Positions 1 through 12,874 of a stretch of 64,000 bases of DNA are shown here, one piece after another (position 1 is the stretch's first letter; every line of letters starts with the position of its first letter). Under the pieces are notes generated by a model. The model was not told where the DNA came from and made no database searches. It worked only from the letters and a program-made list of their open reading frames with translations. Source of the DNA: Chrysomallon squamiferum (lineage: Eukaryota > Animalia > Mollusca). The position numbers and the translations under genes were made by a program. The stretch spans positions 18,662,001 to 18,726,000 of the forward strand of contig CM022667.1 of assembly GCA_012295275.1 (NCBI GenBank), written 5' to 3'.

Positions 1-298
1 GGTCTCTAGTCCATTTTTCATTTAAATACTTTTAATACAAAATGTTATATAGATTTTCATAACTGTACATAAGTACTAGTACAATAATAATGTTTGGCTG
101 TATTATTTGATACAGTTATCAATAATCTTATATTTTAAAATATTCTATATTATGTGTATTTATTTGTCTTGTTCTTCTTAGTAATTTTGTCCTTTAAAAA
201 CTGATATTCTGCTTTACAAACCTTCACTGAAATGGTGGTGTTAACAACATTTAGAGAAATATGTAATGCCTTAAAATGTCAGTAATCTTTTTTTTAAG

Positions 299-915
299 GA
301 CAAAGAAATGCATCTTGGAGGGGAAAAATAAACTTAGAAAAAGAATTTCAGAGACTGATAGAAGGTTTCAAAACTATAATTAGTGAATCTGAAATCAAGA
401 GAACTCTGCAGGAAGTTAGGTGTATGGTATCAGTTCCAGAATGGCAGAAATCCTCTGTCTGGTTGGTAAGAAACTAATAATTTACATAATTTTATTAAGG
501 TAGTATTTCTTTTTTAAAAGACTTTTGGGATTGGATGGCTAATTTACCTTTTCTGTATTACCAGAAGAAGCTGCACAGTATTTTGACTTTTCATAGGCAA
601 CTTAAAAAGCTGAATTGGTCCAGTAAAATTTTTACTCCTGATTTTTGTATTAAAAATGATTTTCCTCTTCCAGTCTATTTTTTTACCCCCAATATTTAAT
701 TCTGTAAAATGTGAATTATGTAAGTTTATATTATATGTATATATTTTTTTCTTTCTGGTACAATTTAATTACCTATTTTCTGGGTTTACCTGTTTATTCT
801 AATTGTACAACAAAGTGCTTTTATCCTGAAAATATTACCAGTTTATTGTTGTTGTTGTTATTGTTACTATTATTATCATTATCATTATCACTATTACTGT
901 TACTGTTACTGTTAC

Positions 916-970
<55 letters not shown>

Positions 971-1683
971 TCACAGCAAGAACAGATGGCTGATTCCTGC
1001 CAGGTTTGTCGGAACAAATTTGGTGTTTTGCGTAAGAAGGTTTGCTGCAAGGTTTGTGGAATAGCTGTGTGCAAATCATGTTCTTCTAAAGACTTGCTTC
1101 TGTTCCTGCCTGACATTCATGATGGTGAACATCAAACAACACCAAAACTTGCAATAATCAAAATTACAGGAGTAAGTATTTATTTTAAAGCTATCCCTAT
1201 ATTTTATTTCCTTTTCTGATGATTAACTGTGAAGGGGTACCATCATCATTTTAAACGCACACACACGTCTCAGTCAAAATATTTAGACTGGTACTTTGTT
1301 AAAATAATTTTAGTATTGATCTATAAATTTTATAATATGAACTATAATAAACATGATTATAAATTGTAATAAATATTTTTCTTCTTGTTGATGACAAACA
1401 TATTTTATTATGACATTCATTGTTTTAGTCAAATGGTTCTAACCAAATGAATAATTAATGTTGTTGATTTTAAATAAAAGCATACAACAAAACAATAAAG
1501 AATGCTTTAATAACCAAGAATTACTCATTTACTGTGTCTCAGAAATGAAACATTGTTGCCATTTTGAAAATAGCTAATTAAGATAAAAAAAAATTGCTTT
1601 TAAATTGAAAACTGTTAAATAGTAAATTTTATATAGATTTGTGCATTTGTGATTTTATCAAAAAGTTTATAATAATAATAATG

Positions 1684-1719
<36 letters not shown>

Positions 1720-4194
1720 TTCTAAAGTTTATTAAAAATTTATTAAGTGCCCAGAGGTGGAGCCTGAGGTAAGTCTCTATTTAAGAACTTGTGGGCAGTG
1801 TCGTGAAAAAATGATTGACAAGCAGATATCCAGTCTGGAGAGAGGAGAGGATGATCTGCATGAGAATGACTTCCTGTCTAAGATGTGCAATATTCATCAT
1901 ATCTTTTCAAAAGTTGAAACTCAAATCAACAAACATCTTCCAGAGGTATTTTACTTTGAAAATAAAGCATGTTAAAAATAAAAAAAACTATTTATTTAAT
2001 AATTTATAGCAGTAAAAGATATCTCTTTGATTTTCTTTAATTTTAATAATATTATATGTTTTTAGACTATAAATATATTAAATCATATGAAAAATAATCC
2101 GTTTTTAACAATAAAAAAAAATCATCTCTTTTGTTTCATATAATTTTTAATTATTTACTAATTATTGTTGTTTTTCACTGAACATCAAACAGTTTGACTT
2201 CATTTTTTTAAAGTTAATATCTATACTCTTTTTACCCTCAGTATCAAGAGATAGTTGACTCACTTCACGACAACAGTCGTGGGACTAATTCTGCAGGGTC
2301 AGATGTTACCCAGAAAAGCAATATGAAAACACTGGCCAAATCTCAGGTATTATAATTAGAAATAAATGAACATGAATTCTAAAAATTAAGTTATATCAGG
2401 GATTTCATTTTTCATTAATATGCATGAAAATGATATCTTCGCACAACTATCACTCTTTTCCCATGCTGTATTATTTACAATATCCCTATATTAGTAAATA
2501 TTACCTTAGAGAAGATTAATTTGTGTAATCCAGAAAATTCATGTAGGCAACAGTAATTTCATCAAAAATACATTTTAATTTTTCAAAATATTTTAATTAA
2601 TTTCAAAACAGAATAGCAAAGAATTTCATAAAAATATAGTTTAAGTTACAATGGATTTTAATGAATTTTTTGAATGCAGTGATGGCTTTTTTAATTTCAG
2701 GAAGATTTGTCAGATTTTTTGACTCAGCATATTATGACAACCCAGCAACTGAAACGACTAAAGCCTCAGACAGCCAGTCAATCCAGTCTGTTTAAGAATT
2801 ACATCAGGAGTAAGTGTGATTTCTACCTCGAAAACATGTCCTTGTTTCGCACCTGCAAGAGAAAGCTGGAAGACTCTTCTCCACCAGAAGTGTTGGAATT
2901 TATCCAGAAAATTATGGATGCAAATGTAAGAAACTCTTTATCTGCTAAAATATATATATATAAACAAAAATTGTACACATATAAAATATAGTAAAACTGC
3001 CTGCATTCATCTGCAAACAGAATGAAATTCTGTCAAAATATGTTGAAATTTCATTTTCAAATTTTTCTGTTATGTGTATTTTTTAACTGGTGTGCTCTCA
3101 GTGTTTAATTTCTTTTTTATTTATTATTTTAAACAGATTATTTATTTATTTCCAGTCAATAGTGAGTACACATCTGTACCTTCTTCAACTTGTGTATGAG
3201 ACTCTTGGTCTTTGTAGTCGATTCCATCTTTCTGAAGAGATTCCTAAACATTTAACAGCTGTGGAACAAGTAATTATTTTAATGAAAATGTTTTAATAAA
3301 CATATATTAATATATGTTTAATAAAATTATATTGTCTAACATATTTATATCTGTTAGAAGCTTTATATTGATGTTTTTTTTAATTTTCTAACTGAAGATA
3401 AATGTATATCTATTGCTTTTTCTATTTTGTTTTATTTTTAATAAAAATCAATAAGTGATTAATAAGATTAAAATATCCATGAAATAGTTGTTTTAAATTT
3501 TAGAAATCTTGTCCATTTGTTGTTACAGGTTATTGAAAAAGATGTCAAGTTCTGTGTTGTCCAAGATGGAGAAAACTGGGAACAACACCAAGAAGCATCT
3601 CAACAGATGATTAAAACACAAATAAAGGTAGATCATTATTTTAAAGAAAATTGTAAGTGGATACCCAATACTTTGTACCAATCTCCAGGACTTTTACAAA
3701 GTCAGGGAAGCTATTTAAGAATAGAACATTTGGGGTGAGCAGGTGTACATTTTCAGTTCTGCTAAAGAATGTTGAATAATTAAAACACAGTTAAAAGATA
3801 CCATTTATTTCTGATTAGAAAACCCCATAAAAGAAGGTAAGTTAATACCAACAGCAGTAGAATCACATTATATGGAAAAATACAAATACCTTAAAGAGTA
3901 GATCTTCACCAAAAAATTTAAAATTTACCACTAAACTTTGTTATTTGTTTATTTATTTAGGATCACAAACTAATTCGTCCATCCAGGACCTTGTTAAGGA
4001 AACATGGTGCTCAGCATGCTGAAGACATTATGGTATCAAGGTCACAGGAGGTCATCACAAAAGTGTTGCTGCAGCTCAAAATGAAATCAGCCAACCGGAG
4101 GTTTCCAGATACAAAGAAAGTGCTGGAACAGTTACTGGCAGATTTCCCTATCATTTCAAAAAGTTCAAACCATAAAGAATACCAGTTATTATAA
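299..4194 (+). CDS. FYVE-type zinc-finger protein, 5'-partial, loosely rabenosyn-5/Vac1-like architecture; exons 299-465, 977-1171, 1748-1945, 2242-2346, 2701-2925, 3156-3269, 3529-3627, 3961-4194
   Basis: Eight GT-AG exons join in frame to TAA at 4192-4194. Translation includes WLQEQMADSCQVCRNKFGVLRKKVCCKVCGIAVCKSCS...LRTCGQCRE, i.e. four CxxC pairs in FYVE spacing with an insertion before the last pair, followed by a helical/coiled-coil-like region. The start lies upstream of the window. The orthologue was not recognised. Confidence 0.8.
843..970. repeat. Compound (TTG/TTA/TCA/CTG)n trinucleotide microsatellite
   Basis: Directly visible. It ends 6 nt before the exon starting at 977 and explains the poly-L/poly-I ORFs 711-1064 and 835-1116. 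Confidence 0.97.
1671..1719. repeat. (AAT)n microsatellite
   Basis: Directly visible run with one ATG variant, in the intron before the exon at 1748. Confidence 0.95.
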
Positions 4195-4754
4195 CAAATT
4201 TCCAAATATATCATAGCAGACTGATTTTTTTATAATATTTTATTATGTTCATATATGTATATCTGTGTGTGTGTGTGTGTGTGTGTGTCGTCATCATAAA
4301 TATATCTATATATTTTTTTTTTCATTATGCTCATCATTCAAAATTAGTAAGTTATATAAATATGACAAAAAAGACATGCCCAGCAGCTTGATGAATATAT
4401 TAAATAAGACAAATGTATATTTGAAAATGATATTTTTGTTTTTATGTTATATGTTTTGAGTTTTCATAAAACATTACTCAACAAACATAGCAGCAGCTGA
4501 AATATTCAGTACTACATTATGTTTTGCAGAAAGGGATTTATAACATTTTGAGTTTGGAGCTTGTTTATGGATAAGTTCTTGAATAAATAAAGTACTGCAT
4601 GAAAATGCTGAACTAGTCTGGATTTCTTAACAGTGTTAGAAAAACAGTTTCTGATTTCAGGTTGTATGTATTCATATCTTCCTTTCATCTTCACTTGGAT
4701 TTTGTGTTAATATAAAAATGTAAGTACTATACAGAGGGATCATGGAGAATGTAT

Positions 4755-5010
4755 CACAATATTTTTATTTTATCATTATTGTTATTATTAAATATTCTTG
4801 ATTACAATCTGTAAAAAGCAGTACCTTTTAATTGTGTTAATAGAATATAAAATGTAACAAGATTTTGATCGTTATTATTGGTAAATATTCTTGATTACAG
4901 GCTATAAAAAGCAGTTCATTTTAATTTAATAATGGAGTATATAACAAGATTTTTTATTTCAATCATCATTTTTATCTTTGGTAAATATTCTTGAATATAA
5001 TCTGTAAAAA
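4755..5010. repeat. Degenerate ~90-100 bp tandem repeat, about 3 units, downstream of the FYVE stop
   Basis: Core taaatattcttga(t/a)ta(c/t)a...t(g/a)taaaaa recurs near 4788, 4882 and 4982; aacaagatttt recurs near 4856 and 4943. Confidence 0.8.
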
Positions 5011-5769
5011 AACATGATCATACATATAGTTTTGTGCATTTCTCAACACATATAAAAATATATTCCTGATATATTCTGTGTCTTATATTCTTTGTAGGGC
5101 TCATGAATAACAGAATATGTATGTATGTATGAAAAAACTCAGAATTCAGAAATTATAGAACAAATTTAGACTTATGTAGTTATAAATCTACAGTAGATAT
5201 ATATCTAAGAAAAAAAATCAATTCTTTTAAACGTATATCATCATGCAAAAATAAAAATATTAAAAAAGTGTAAAAAAAAAAAAAAAGTTAACTAATTTAT
5301 ATGTAAAGTTTATAAATAAACAGTGTATTACATATAGAGAAATAACTAAAATATAACAACAATCAAATCAAATAATAACAATTAAGGTGCATTTGGTAAA
5401 AAAACAACAAAAAAACCCCCACTTTTCCAAAAGATGTTTTTTGATTAATTAATAGTTAAATAAATAAAAAATGAAGCACATATGAAATACAAGAAGACAT
5501 GTCATGATTACTCATTTATTAGGAAAGTTAAGAAAAATAATTCTTGATTCTGGTTTCATCAAAATTTCTGTAAAACAAAGAGGGGAAAAAAGAAAGAAGC
5601 AAAACTCCTGATGTTTAATTTATTTTGACAATATACTTGAAATGATATAAAGATAAATATGCACTTTTGTGCAAAAGGTGAAAATAGTTTAATATATTAA
5701 AGCAATTTCTAAAAAAAATAACACGGATTCATAGTATAAGACAAATAGTAAATTTCACATTATTGTGAG

Positions 5770-5818
<49 letters not shown>

Positions 5819-6286
5819 TTCACATATACATTTATTTTTTTTAAATTTAAATATATAAATATATCATGTAAAGTGAACTTTTGAATATATCATGTTTTTA
5901 TTATATACTGAAAATAATAAAAAGACAGTCATGAGACAGCTGCAGTTTATATATAAATGATAATACAAATATGTTAAATATACAAAAACAAATACTATCA
6001 TGGTTAAGTTTACTGTAAACAATGTCAAACTGGTGACTTTAATAAGAAAAATAATTCAGTTAGGTAATAATTCTTTTGTTCTTTTTAACTGAATAGTCAA
6101 CCTCAAAGAAAGGCCATAACAATGATATTATAAATAAATATGTGTTTATCAAATAATAATAATAATAATCATCAATTACCAATTTGCCCTACTGTAATTT
6201 GAACCATTTAATTTAAATATATCACTAATCTACATATGATTTAGAAAATTATTTTTAACTCAAGAATGTTTATAAAAACCCAGTTT

Positions 6287-6788
6287 TTATTTTTCCACTG
6301 AAACAATTAAACCTTTCTGGTCAACGCATATGTCGTACACAGCAACATCTTCCAAACCCTGAAAGGGAAAAAAACAGCTTAGAAAGCTTTTTTCTTTTTT
6401 TTTGAAAAAGAAAATCATTTTCATAATATTTATTAAAATCACTTAGTAAAATGTGATATTGTATATGTCTCAAGAACTTTAATAATGTGTTTTCTTGCTC
6501 AGTTTTATGGCAAATTAAAGTATATTTGTAATTAAAAAAGTAATTATTTTTTACCTCAATTTGTAAAAGAAGATTTTCAACAAACTGTTTTTGGTCTGGT
6601 TCCTTCATTACTGCATACAGAAACCCACCTCCTCCTGCACCTGCCATGCACATACCACTAGCATGAGGTTTGAGGGTAGACATTATCTTTTCTATAGTTT
6701 CTGTTTCACAGCCAGGAGCCATGCATTTCTTCATTGTCCAGTACTGACTAATACATGATCCAACTTTATCCAAATTACCTAAATAAAT

Positions 6789-6832
<44 letters not shown>

Positions 6833-9800
6833 TAAAAAATGTGTTTATTTTAAAGTTATTTTTATTATTAATCTTAATGTATTTTCATAAGTGGATATAC
6901 TGAACATGTAATATAGTTATGTGTATATAACTTAAAATATATGCTTTTTGTAAAGTGTTTTTAAATAAGAAAAATGTATGTATAAATGACAATTATTGCA
7001 TAAAAACAAAAAAAGAATGTAAAGAAATAAATTGGTTTTGTAAAGTGTACAGGGTTAGGATTTCTCCATCTTTTCAAGGACAGATGTCCTCAGCTTAGAA
7101 ATGGATTTTAACACCTTTGGCTGGACTTACAGCCTTTATCGACTTCTGCTTCAGTATGGTGCATGTAAAAGTACTATGCTTGTACAGCCTTGCCATGTTG
7201 ACTACATGCACACCTCGCTCATGTTTTTCTATGATTTCATGCTTTAATGCAATGGACATCAACTGCTTCTTCTTTTCAGCACTGTCCTTTGCACTTACTT
7301 TCTTAGGATCCATGGAAATATTGCAAAATAAAAAGTAAGCACAACACAACAGAGATGCTTTCACGGTGAGGTAACCACGTGAAGCAATCAAATAAGGCAG
7401 GGAATGCTGGGTGGATGTTGTGTTGTTCACTGTGCGAACTAGCAGTGGCATGTCTGAAGTTGCTCATAACTCAGATTTTGGCTCGCAACTCAAAGCAAAA
7501 ATTTGACAGGCAGCTGCTTGTAACTCAGAAAATTCTTAAGTTGGAGCACTCGTAACTTGAGGTATCACTGCATTCTCAAAATAACAGTCATAAATTTCTA
7601 GCATGTTTATTGAGATTACAGTTAATTTTAAATTTCACTTAATCTTCAGATAAATATAATAACTTTCTAGAATTTTTACCAAGATGACAGCTAATTTTAA
7701 AACTCATTCAGAGTTTTCTATAATATATCAGTTAATTTCTAAAACTGTTAAACATGATAGTTAATATTAAATCTCATATTAATTAAATATAAATAAATTT
7801 CTCAACTATTAAACCAGATAAAAACAAAAAAGTTGTAAGACTGACAAAAATAAAACATGATAAGTTTAAAAAAGTGAATACCTTCTATAACTGCAGAAGA
7901 ACACTCCTTGGCTAGATCCACTAGGGAATCTTCCGTGTTCAAAATGTGAGGATTCCTTGCATACCAGTTCCTAATAACATCCTGTAGACAAGAAAATAAA
8001 TACAATTTAATACTAGATATATCATCTGTTAATTGTAAAAAGTGATTACTGCATTTACTAGAAATTATTTCCAAACAATCTTATTATTATCAGTATATAA
8101 TGATGTACTAATGTAAATTACGATAATTCATTAACTAGCCTATGTCACGTTTCTGGTAAATAATATGTTGTTTATTTTCTATTATCATTCTTGCATATTT
8201 TAATCATCTCTCATAAACAACAAATATAATTAAGATATCTTAATGGATTAATAACTTTTATATGATCTTCCTGAATTATAAATTGTTATGATAGGTCTTA
8301 AGTAGATTAACTTTAAGTAATAGATAATTAAATACTTCTATTTTTCTCCCCAAATAAACTTTACAATAACATTTCTCACAAGAAGGATTTACAGTGTTTA
8401 ATCTCAGCCTCCTTGACATTAGCTTACCACTAATTCCTAAAACCCATGAAATCTAATGATTCTGATAACATATTTATATGCTTAAATTAATGCTATTTAA
8501 TAATTACAATAAATATTGTATTGTAAATTATGTTTATTTATCTTTCTTTTTTTTATATCTTGAAATACTACACTGGAGATTTTTTAAAAGAGTCTTTGTT
8601 TTTCCTGTTTTCATATTTATCTACCTGCAGCAGATTTCTTGCCAGTCTGGTTCTGCCAGTGTACACTAGCACAAGTCTCTTATTGAAGTCATTGATGAAG
8701 TTCTCTGGTATTTTCAGGTCAACAGTTTCCACCTTGAGTGGCAGTTTTGCTTGAGACAAACCAAGATGAATCCCTCCATAGAGACCACCAATCTGATCCT
8801 GCCAGCCCCCACCAGTTGTCAACAACTGTTCTAAGTACAATACCTATAAATATTGATTTATGTTTTCAGCATGTCATTTATTCATTTTTACCAAAGATTT
8901 TGCAAAGACATACTAAACAGATAATGTAAACCATACATAATTTTTTATTTAATTATACATCTCTCTGACAAGTATAATTAAGGTAATGGCTTGTAGAAAA
9001 TGAATATAAGAAATAAAATTTCAAGAATGACATAATATTCATTATGAAAAATAGATTAAAAGGTTAAATATTAGTTCAACTGGATACTAACAGGGTCGTT
9101 TTATTGAATTTCCACAGAATTTTCAGACACATTATAGATCAAAAAAATAAATGTTCTTTACTGCATGAACTAGTGACCCTTTATCACAAGATTTGCCAGC
9201 AGCTCTCAGAAGAGCTCCTAAAACAGCGCCTGCTAAAATACTGCTTGTTCCTAGTCCTGTTCAAAATAAACTACACTTAATTAAATCTCAGGTTAAACAA
9301 AATTTAATCTTTGATTACATTTAAACATGAACCGTTTGAATACCATGTGGCAAGTATTGTAATATCAAATACCGTATATTCCAAATTAGTGTGAATTAAG
9401 AAGCTCTTTAATAATAATAAAAAAAAATATATACTGTTTTCATTTTATTACATTCTATTGGTTGTTTTTTATATAATAGGCCTATTATATTACTTTAGAT
9501 TTTTTTTTAAAGATTAATTTCTAATTCAAATAAAAATAAAACACCTATTGCTGAGATGCTATCTAGATATTTTTAAAATTTATTTTTAATTTAAATGTAT
9601 AAATTTATTACAATTACAACCTGATCCATGTGGTAGATTTGACCAAGTCCTCATTTCAAAACCTCCGCCATATTTATCAACAAGCTGTTCAGTGAGAGAT
9701 GATGTAGACGATAAATGAATCAGGTCAGCGCAGATGAAGGCAGCTTTTAAGAGCGCACCTAAAATAGTAAAAACATAATAAATAAATACTCTATTTTATC

Positions 9801-12800
9801 ATGGGATTTTTGGTGTTTTTCATTCTTTTCTTATACTTTTCTGTAACGGTAATATCACTCTAGCACAAAATAACAAAAGATTATTTCAATCCACACATCT
9901 TCAAATAATAACAAGCAAATTTATATCTATAATTTATATCTGTATCTATGTGTGTATGTGTGTGTGTGTATATACATATATATATATACATACATACATA
10001 CATACATACATACATACATACTGTAATACTGTAATACCTAAGTGAAGTGAATTGTCAATTTTCTTAGATGGAAAAATACATTGAATATGACTGTACATAT
10101 CTGAATATCTTCTACTGGATAAATGTCTAGAAATAAAAAAAACTGAAAGAGTAGAGCTCTTAATTTGTTTTCTGGACTCTTCTGGAAATGAATAGTAAAG
10201 ATAAACAGATCATTTCAAATATGTTTTGGAACAATAAATTGAAATAACAATTTGAATACAGATAATATTGTTCATTGATACTGAAAACAAAAGCTATTAA
10301 AAAACATAATTATAGTGTGTTATAAAAATTAATGACAGCCTAGAAATAAACAATATCTGCCATTTTGAGCACTAACTCTTCTAAATAACATACACATTTA
10401 TTTTCTAGTTAAACTGTTACATACCAGGACGATGTGGTTGACAATAATCTTCAAGGTCATGTAGTTCTCTACAAACAACAGTTTGACTTTCTACTCCATC
10501 TCCTGTTACTTCTAGTCTGATCAGTGGCCTGTAAAATGTATAAAAATACATAACAAAAAAAACAAATTATATATATATAATTAAAAATTCTGTACAATAA
10601 AATATAAAAATCGACTTTAATTCCTGACATTTTTGGAAGTTAATAAATAAATAACATGTGCACAATATATGTTACATGTAATATGAAGTTGACCATTTTA
10701 TAATTTTACTATAAAAATAAAATTTTAAAAATAAAAATAAACTCACTCTTCAATTCTTCTGACTGTTGCTCCAATTGGTCTCTGCAAACAAATATTTCAA
10801 AATTAATTAAATGTAGCCTTATCATTGGGCTTTTTAAATTTTAAAATTCAAGTTTGAACAACAGGCTAATTACTTCTTTTATTTTATACATGTCAGTTCC
10901 AAAAAAAAAAAATATTGTAAAAAAAATATAAATAAATAAAATAACACAATCAAACACATGTTAAATCAATAAAAATTTTAATTATTAAAAAAATAATCTT
11001 GCAAATTATTTTCTTTCTATTTCTAGTAAATTTTACTCAAAACAAATTGAAAAATAAAATAATGAAAATAAATGGATATGGAAGGACAAAACAGAGAATC
11101 ATCTTACTTTTCCATCTATCAGAACTCCTACAATGGTTACAGCCCCTCCATGTTCATATGTGATGGGTGGAGTGTCTGACCACCCTCCAGAAATGTCAAT
11201 TCGGGCGGGGCATTCTGCAGTCACCCATTTGTTCAGTGGAGTCATGTCTATAACTCCCATCTTGAAGAACTAGTACAGAAAAGAAAAGAAAAATACATAA
11301 AAAAATAAATAAATTAATCAACTTAAAAAACAATTATAAATAATAATTAAACTAAAAAAACCCCCCAAAAAACAAACATTTAAAAACATTATCACTATGT
11401 CCTTCTAATGAAGGAATAGTATTTAAATCAATCAAAAACCAGTTACTTATGGACAAATTATAATGACTACAGGTGATAAACCCTCTAAACAATTTAAAAT
11501 ATAACATATAATAAAATATTCTAAATCTATCTCCACAGTTACTAAAAAATTAAATTATTCAGTGACTCCATCATATAAAAATGTATAAATTTATTCACCA
11601 TTACAAACTTTATCCAAGACAAGGCATAACTAAGTATTAATAAATAATCCACATATATATAACATTACTTTTCTTAAAAAAGTTAATCTCATAATTGAGC
11701 AATTAGTTATTTGTGGTGCTTTCTGTAATAAAATATGTAAAAAATATATAATTTATTTAAGAAAAATGTGACTCACTTGTTTTGCAGTCATCACAGCCTG
11801 TCTGATTAGTATTCCTGCAGCTCCTTCATAATGTCTCGCAGCACGAACCAGCAGGTCTGGTCTGATTAGCCAATGTTCACGTTCTTTTGCTAATGCATGA
11901 ACACCAGCAACTACATCACCAGCCTGTAAAACAAAGTAGATGCTAAAATGACCAGTTTTATTTTAATATTGGCAAGGAAAAGAAAGAAAACAATGTATAG
12001 AAAAAATATATAGATATTAACTATATAAGACTGCAAAACACATTTCTCTGCTTGTTAGCATGGAAGTAAATGTCTAAAATTATATGGTCCAGGATCACAT
12101 TTAGTTATAGTTCTAATAATCTTAGAACTTTTGATTAGATTATAGTAATGATTAATTCGTGGAAAGGTCACACTACAGATGGTTAGAAATAAAACACACA
12201 CTTTTTCAGTACATACTTTTCTTTTGTGTATACTGACTTTAGATATTTTATTAATACTAATTTTTATATGTATATAATCTTGAGATTATCTAGACTTCAT
12301 ATATGAAAAAGAGAAAATTAAATCAATGACAAATATAAATAAATATGTATTATTAATTATAATAAATAAACTGCCTTGAACTACCTGTAAAAGCAAATAA
12401 TTAAAGTTCCATTTGACCATAATACCATTTTACAGGAAAAGAAGTGATGACAATCTTTTGAAGGTAGTTTTTAAATTTTAAGTTATGATAATTAGCAGCA
12501 AAGACGTGGTGAATTCATTGTGACAAACACAGCTTTTAAATTTGTCTATCAGATTTGCTTTTCTGTTCCCTTTGATTCCATGGTTTTCATTGATGTCTGC
12601 AGGAATCTAATGTTATAGGCATTTGGGTTTGAGTTGAATGTCTTGTTCTGGATCTGATGAGAAGAAATGACAAGAAGGTAGTTGCACAGCCCAGAGGTTC
12701 CCTTTGATGAACACAGAGGTCATGGGAGGAAACCTTGAAACACTGGCCTTGCTTTGGTAAGTGTTTGATAGTGTGATATGGTAAGAATCTTTTCTCCCTT

Positions 12801-12838
12801 GTATTTTGATACTGTCTTTAATGGCATATATGTATAAA

Positions 12839-12874
<36 letters not shown>

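Noticed and set aside
711-1116. Poly-Leu (+) and poly-Ile (-) ORFs
   Set aside because: Translations of an intronic triplet microsatellite; the true exon starts at 977 in another frame.
12595-12830. GC-richer patch with plus-strand GTAAG donors in an FCSK intron
   Set aside because: No sustained open frame or recognisable domain; I cannot support an exon or a TE call.
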